This document shows positions 6,268-10,939 of a stretch of 10,939 nt of DNA, one piece after another. The DNA is taken from positions 1 through 10,939 of the forward strand of contig BTVY01000079.1 in NCBI GenBank assembly GCA_045863335.1. Direction: 5' to 3'. The position numbers and the translations under genes were made by a program. The notes under the pieces are model-generated. The model saw nothing but the letters and a program-made list of their open reading frames with translations, did no database searches and had not been told where the DNA came from. Numbering within the stretch: the first letter of the stretch is position 1; every line of letters starts with the position of its first letter. Source of the stretch: Candidatus Hydrogenedentota bacterium (GTDB taxonomy: Bacteria; Hydrogenedentota; Hydrogenedentia; Hydrogenedentales; SLHB01).

Positions 6268-7458
6268 ATGATGACCATGGCAGTAAAACGCACCATTGAC
6301 TTCCTCGCTTCCTACGGGTTTGCGTGCGTGATTTTCCTCTTCATGCTGCTCCTTACGTTCCTGGGAACGCTGGAGCAGACCACACAGGGGCTATTCGAGG
6401 TTCAGAAGAAATACTTCGAGTCGCTCTTCGTGATTCATTGGGCCTTCGATCTCATCCCGCTCCCCCTGCCGGGCGTTTACTTGCTCCTGGTGCTGTTCTG
6501 CATCAACCTCGTATTGGGCGGAATCATCCGGATGCGGAAGGGCAAGAATACCTTCGGCAATCTCATCATTCACCTCGGAATGGTCCTGCTGATTCTTGGA
6601 GGAGGCATCAAGTACTGGTTCGCCATAGACGGCCATATGACCCTTGCCGAGAACGAGAGCAGCAACGAGTTTGAGAGTTACTACCTGTGGGAGATCACGG
6701 TGACCCCGGTTTCCGGGAAAAGCGGAGCGAAGACGTATGTCATCGATCATGAGGATTTCGCGCACCTCGCCCCCAAGGAGTCGGTCACGTTTCGCCATCC
6801 GGACTTGCCCTTCAATCTGACGATTGACGGGTTTCAGCGAAACGCGATACCCATGATGGCGGGTCCCATGGTGGCAGACCAGTATCGAACGGTGGACGGG
6901 TTCTTCCTCCAGGACAGTCCTTTGGAGAAGGAAGCGGAGTTTAACCGGGCGGGCGCGTACGCGACGGTAATCGATCCAGAATCGGGTGAATCCCAGGAGG
7001 CAATCCTGTGGGGCGTTCAGTTGTACCCCGCGACGTTTGACGTGGATGGAACGACGTGGGCGGTGGACATGCATCGGAAGCGGTATCCCCTCCCCTTTAC
7101 GATCACCCTCGACAAGTTCACACACGAATTGCATCCGCGCACGCAGATGGCGCGAACCTTCATGAGCGACGTGACGAAAACGGAGAGCGGGGTCGATCAG
7201 GCGATTAAGATTACTATGAACGAGCCCCTGCGACACGAGGGATACACGTTCTACCAAGCGTCGTGGCAGCCTGCCGATCCGGCTCGCGGCACGCCGGTGA
7301 GGTCCACGTTGGCGGTCGTAAAGGACCCGGCGGATCGAATTCCGCTCTATTCTTGCATCGTGATTACCTTTGGTTTAGTCCTTCACTTCTGTTTGAAACT
7401 TTCCCGGCACTTGCGGCGCGAGAGCCGGCGTCTGGAATCCAGGGAGGCATTGGCATGA
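6268..7458 (+). CDS. resB: Cytochrome c biogenesis protein ResB/CcsB (System II)
   Basis: Three N-terminal hydrophobic segments with LTFLGTLEQ and the conserved TM His (IIHLG), a large soluble domain with LPFTITLDKF and MNEPLRHEGYTFYQAS, and a C-terminal TM after DP. The exact start among ATGs at 6268, 6271 and 6277 is uncertain. Confidence 0.85.
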   Translation: MMTMAVKRTIDFLASYGFACVIFLFMLLLTFLGTLEQTTQGLFEVQKKYFESLFVIHWAFDLIPLPLPGVYLLLVLFCINLVLGGIIRMRKGKNTFGNLIIHLGMVLLILGGGIKYWFAIDGHMTLAENESSNEFESYYLWEITVTPVSGKSGAKTYVIDHEDFAHLAPKESVTFRHPDLPFNLTIDGFQRNAIPMMAGPMVADQYRTVDGFFLQDSPLEKEAEFNRAGAYATVIDPESGESQEAILWGVQLYPATFDVDGTTWAVDMHRKRYPLPFTITLDKFTHELHPRTQMARTFMSDVTKTESGVDQAIKITMNEPLRHEGYTFYQASWQPADPARGTPVRSTLAVVKDPADRIPLYSCIVITFGLVLHFCLKLSRHLRRESRRLESREALA

Positions 7459-9545
7459 GGGCGGCAACCCCAATAGTGCTTGCGATCGTTGCGGCATTCT
7501 GCTCCGGCTTGGCATGGGGGCAATCCGCGGAACTGGTGACGAAACCGATCGACTGGGACAAGGAAACGATCGAACTCTTCTCGACACTTCCCGTTCAGGA
7601 CGGCGGCCGCATCAAGCCGTTGAGCACGTACGCGGGGTTTGCGCTATTAAAGCTGAACGGCAAACGCACCACCAACGATCTCGATGACAACCGTATCGAG
7701 CCGATGGAATGGCTGCTCGATACGATGTTTTTTCCCGAGACCGCCGAGCATTACAAGATTTTTCTCATCCAGAACTCGGAGGTGCTCGATGCCATCGGTG
7801 TGAGCCACGACGATCGCAAGAAGCGGGATCGGTTCTCCATGGCGGAATTGACGCCGGGCGTCGGCAAGCTCTACGAGTTGGGCCGCGAGTACTCTGACGA
7901 GACGAAATACGATCAGGACAAACTTACGTCGACACAACGGCAAATCATCAATCTTGCGTCAAACGTCTTTCAATATCAGCAATTGAGCCACTACCTGGAT
8001 TTCGCCCGCCACGAGTTCACGATTCCGGAAGGCTCCGCACTCGCTGCCGTGCTGCCGGAGAACCGGTATAGCGCCATTCTGGACAAGGCGGTCACGCTGC
8101 GGCTGTTGACCCTTGCGCTGGAACGGGGCATGGACGCCGTGACGGAACGGCTGGCGCCCGCCGAAGTCGAGCGGCTTCATGAGGTATTGCCGCCAGAACT
8201 GGGGCAACTGGACGACGCGACGCGCGAGAAGAATCTCGGGGACCTCCGGCAGTTGCTTCACGAACTCGACATCATGTCGAGCCGCGCGTCAGGGCTGGCG
8301 CTTTTCCCGCCGACCGAAGGCCTGGGGGACCAGGAGCACTGGATGGCCCCGGGCGAAATGGCGGATCTCGCGTTCACTGCCGGGGCACCCATAGAAGGCG
8401 AGTTGGCTCTTGTGCGCTCGTTGGAAGACGTGGCGCGCTCGCCGGAGCAACCGCAGACGCTCAAGACCGAGCTTGCGCAGTTCCACGATGCGGTCGTGGG
8501 ACTCGCGAAGGCGCGCGGCGAGTACGGCAAAGTGCCGCTCGAGGTCAACTACTACAACCTGAACTTGCTCCTCTGGAGTCTGATGCTGTTTGTGTTGGCC
8601 TTCGTCGTGGCCGCGGTGTCCTGGATGGTCCCTTACAGTAAAGGAATGAGCAAGATATACCCGCTCTTCCTGGCGCCGCCGGGCATAATTCTGATCGCCG
8701 CCATCACGTACCGTTGCATCATTCGCGGCCGCCCGCCGGTGAGCACTTTGTATGAAACAATTCTGTTCATCACCGCCGTGATTGTGGTGGTGGCGTTCAT
8801 TATCGAGTACATGAACCGGCAGAAGATCGCCTTTTCCCTGGGCGCGCTGCTGGGGATGATGGGACTGTTTCTCGCGTACCGGTATGAGGCCAAAGAAGGC
8901 GTCGATACGATGCCGAGCTTGATCGCCGTGCTCGATACGAACTTCTGGCTTGCGACCCACGTGACCACGGTCACCATGGGGTATGCCGCAGGCCTCTTTG
9001 CCGGCGCGATCGCTCACGTGTACATTCTCGGAAGGCTCTTCGGCTTCCGGCGCGAGGATAAGGGGTTCTACAAATCCGTCTCGCGGATGACCTACGGCGT
9101 GCTGTGTTTCGGCCTGGTATTCTCGGTCGTGGGGACGGTGCTCGGCGGGATCTGGGCGAATGACAGTTGGGGCCGGTTCTGGGGTTGGGATCCCAAGGAA
9201 AACGGGGCGCTGATGATCGTGCTTTGGGAGTTGGCGATCCTGCACGGGCGGCTCGGCGGCTATATTCGCGATCTGGGTGTGGCAATAGCCAGCGTATTCT
9301 GCGGAATCATTGTGGCCTTTTCCTGGTGGGGCGTGAATTTGCTCGGCGTCGGGCTGCACAGCTACGGATTCACCAGCGGGGTCATGCAGGCCTTGATTAT
9401 CTTCTACTCCATCGAGGCCTTCGTGATCTTGTTGGGGTTTGCCGTGTGGTACATGCAACGGCGCGCCGTGCCGGAGCCGGTACCGGCGCCGGACAAGAAG
9501 AAGCGGCGGGTAAAAGGGCCACTGCCGGCAAAGGCGTCGAAATAG
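7455..9545 (+). CDS. ccsA: Cytochrome c biogenesis protein CcsA/ResC with a large N-terminal periplasmic domain (696 aa)
   Basis: The start is ATG 7455 (GGGAGG RBS, ATGA overlap with the resB stop, signal peptide). WWD domain WANDSWGRFWGWDPKE, conserved His in WLATHV, LHGR and GLHSY, RPPVSTLYE, and multiple TM helices. Confidence 0.93.
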   Translation: MRAATPIVLAIVAAFCSGLAWGQSAELVTKPIDWDKETIELFSTLPVQDGGRIKPLSTYAGFALLKLNGKRTTNDLDDNRIEPMEWLLDTMFFPETAEHYKIFLIQNSEVLDAIGVSHDDRKKRDRFSMAELTPGVGKLYELGREYSDETKYDQDKLTSTQRQIINLASNVFQYQQLSHYLDFARHEFTIPEGSALAAVLPENRYSAILDKAVTLRLLTLALERGMDAVTERLAPAEVERLHEVLPPELGQLDDATREKNLGDLRQLLHELDIMSSRASGLALFPPTEGLGDQEHWMAPGEMADLAFTAGAPIEGELALVRSLEDVARSPEQPQTLKTELAQFHDAVVGLAKARGEYGKVPLEVNYYNLNLLLWSLMLFVLAFVVAAVSWMVPYSKGMSKIYPLFLAPPGIILIAAITYRCIIRGRPPVSTLYETILFITAVIVVVAFIIEYMNRQKIAFSLGALLGMMGLFLAYRYEAKEGVDTMPSLIAVLDTNFWLATHVTTVTMGYAAGLFAGAIAHVYILGRLFGFRREDKGFYKSVSRMTYGVLCFGLVFSVVGTVLGGIWANDSWGRFWGWDPKENGALMIVLWELAILHGRLGGYIRDLGVAIASVFCGIIVAFSWWGVNLLGVGLHSYGFTSGVMQALIIFYSIEAFVILLGFAVWYMQRRAVPEPVPAPDKKKRRVKGPLPAKASK

Positions 9546-9776
9546 GATTCGTGCTCGCTTTGAGGCTGTAGCACCCTCCATCAAGGGAATCTGATGGGTT
9601 GCAACCGTCAGCGGGGCTGATTTCTATTGAGTTGCAGACCGGCCTTCGCGTAGAATCGCGCCGTGTTTTTGCATGTAAGGTTAAGTGGTGACCTGCGTGA
9701 AGGCGCGGCAAGCCGCGTTGCAGCGTACCGCAGTCGGGATCTGGGTCTGTCACGATGAACTCTGGGAGGAGAGGGA

Positions 9777-10802
9777 ATGATCACGTTGGATAGTCGTCGC
9801 TCGATAGTTCAGCTTGTTGCCATTTTGACGTGTGCCGCGGTGCTCGTCTTCGGATCCGCTCCAGCGGAAGCGGGGATTCTGAAGAAGCTCACCGGAGGCG
9901 GAGGGGAAGAAGAATCCGCGTCCGAGCCGGCCGAGGAATCGGCGCCGGCCCCGGCGCCTCACTCGGGACCCAAGCAGGTCGTGGCCGTGGGCGCCTTCGA
10001 GGGCGCTGGGAAATTGGGTTGGGACGAAGGTCCCGTGATGGCGGCCATGCTGCAGGATCAGTTGATGCAGAGCGGCCGGTTTGTGGTGGTCGAACGCCAG
10101 CAGTTGGATTCGATCCTCCAAGAGCAGGATCTGGGCGCGGCGGGCCGGATTAATTCCGAGACCGCCCTGAAGATCGGGCAGATCGTCGGCGCCAGTATCA
10201 TGATCCAAGGCACGGTGACGCAGTTTGAACCTGGAGAAGAAGGCAAGAGCGGCCGCGTGAACATTCCGATCGGCGGCGTCGGCCTTGGAGTTGGCGGCAG
10301 CAAGGTTACGTCCAAGGTCGCCATGCAGCTTCGCATCATCGACCTGACGACTTCGCAGGTGTTGTCCACGCACAAGGCGGAACACACCGGCACGCACAAA
10401 TCGATGGGCATGGACGTGTACACGAGCGTCGGCAGCGCGGGCGGCGATCAATTCAAGAAGACGCCCCTGGGCGAAACCGCGGAAGAGTGTATCGCGAAGT
10501 GCGTCGATCACATCATTTCGACGATGGCCAACGTTCCCTTCTCGGCGCGCGTGGCGGAAGTGGACGGCAGCAGCATCTACATCAATGCCGGCAGTAACCG
10601 CGGCATGACAGAAGGCACGGTGCTGACCCTGTACAAGACGGGGAAGATCATAACGGACCCGGACACGGGCCTGGCGTTGGACGTGAAGTTGGAGCGCACG
10701 GGTTCGGTGAAGGTTGATTCCGTTCAGGAAAAGATTTCGGTCTGCTCGCTGGTGGACGGCCAGATGCCAAAACGCGGCGATACGCTGAAGATCGATAAGT
10801 AA
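9777..10802 (+). CDS. CsgG/HfaB-family exported protein with a FlgT-like C-terminal beta domain
   Basis: Signal peptide (…APAEA). CsgG-like core L.QSGRFVVVERQQLDSILQEQDL...G.I...TA.KIGQ..GA...I.G.VTQF. C-terminal IYINAGS..G...G..L typical of FlgT_C-like domains. Strong GGAGG RBS. Confidence 0.8.
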   Translation: MITLDSRRSIVQLVAILTCAAVLVFGSAPAEAGILKKLTGGGGEEESASEPAEESAPAPAPHSGPKQVVAVGAFEGAGKLGWDEGPVMAAMLQDQLMQSGRFVVVERQQLDSILQEQDLGAAGRINSETALKIGQIVGASIMIQGTVTQFEPGEEGKSGRVNIPIGGVGLGVGGSKVTSKVAMQLRIIDLTTSQVLSTHKAEHTGTHKSMGMDVYTSVGSAGGDQFKKTPLGETAEECIAKCVDHIISTMANVPFSARVAEVDGSSIYINAGSNRGMTEGTVLTLYKTGKIITDPDTGLALDVKLERTGSVKVDSVQEKISVCSLVDGQMPKRGDTLKIDK

Positions 10803-10823
10803 GTAGACCCTGCGTAGATATCG

Positions 10824-10862
10824 ACCGGAGAGTGCGCCGCGACGGGCACTCTCCGGTTTTTT
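10824..10862 (+). terminator. Rho-independent terminator
   Basis: ACCGGAGAGTGC (10824-10835) pairs with GCACTCTCCGGT (10846-10857) in a 12-bp stem running into a T-run, 21 nt after the stop codon. Confidence 0.9.
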
Positions 10863-10874
10863 CTATAGCTGGCA

Positions 10875-10939
10875 CACGGACCTGCACGGACCTGCACGGA
10901 CCTGCACGGACCTGCACGGACCTGCACGGACCTGCACGG
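10875..10939. repeat. Perfect 10-bp tandem repeat (CACGGACCTG) x6.5, running off the window end
   Basis: Six full identical units plus CACGG, read directly. No spacers. Confidence 0.97.

Noticed and set aside
7263-7454. N-terminal extension of the ccsA ORF in the ORF track
   Set aside because: It overlaps resB; the RBS and signal peptide place the start at 7455.
1169-10511. Long minus-strand ORFs (1169-2374, 2371-3192, 4017-5018, 5068-5760, 6391-7257, 8289-9584, 9750-10511) and short off-frame ORFs
   Set aside because: They are antisense or off-frame shadows of well-supported + strand genes in GC-rich DNA, Arg/His-rich, with no recognisable motifs.
10875-10939. CRISPR array or coding repeat (ORFs 10648-10917 and 10724-10927)
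   Set aside because: Head-to-tail 10-mers with no spacers and no cas genes; the ORFs are by-products of the stop-free repeat.

Overview
A GC-rich (roughly 60% by eye) bacterial window in which all credible protein genes lie on the + strand: an AbrB/MazE-Doc toxin-antitoxin pair, rfbD-rfbB (dTDP-rhamnose pathway), a stand-alone extended SDR (acyl-CoA/thioester reductase-like), a three-gene System II cytochrome c maturation locus (uncharacterised tandem-domain exported protein, ResB/CcsB, CcsA) and a CsgG/HfaB-FlgT-like exported protein. The left edge looks like the 5' end of a class IIC group II intron on the - strand, inserted immediately after a terminator. The right edge is a perfect 10-bp tandem repeat. 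The most interesting signal is non-coding: two paralogous minus-strand elements flank the TA module (~52-273 and ~1112-1424). Each has a sigma-28/FliA-type promoter, two CsrA-type ACGGA hairpins with a compensatory base change, a structured variable middle, a conserved CCCUC motif and an intrinsic terminator. They are a candidate family of flagellar-regulon small RNAs. All calls come from manual reading; no searches or folding programs were run.
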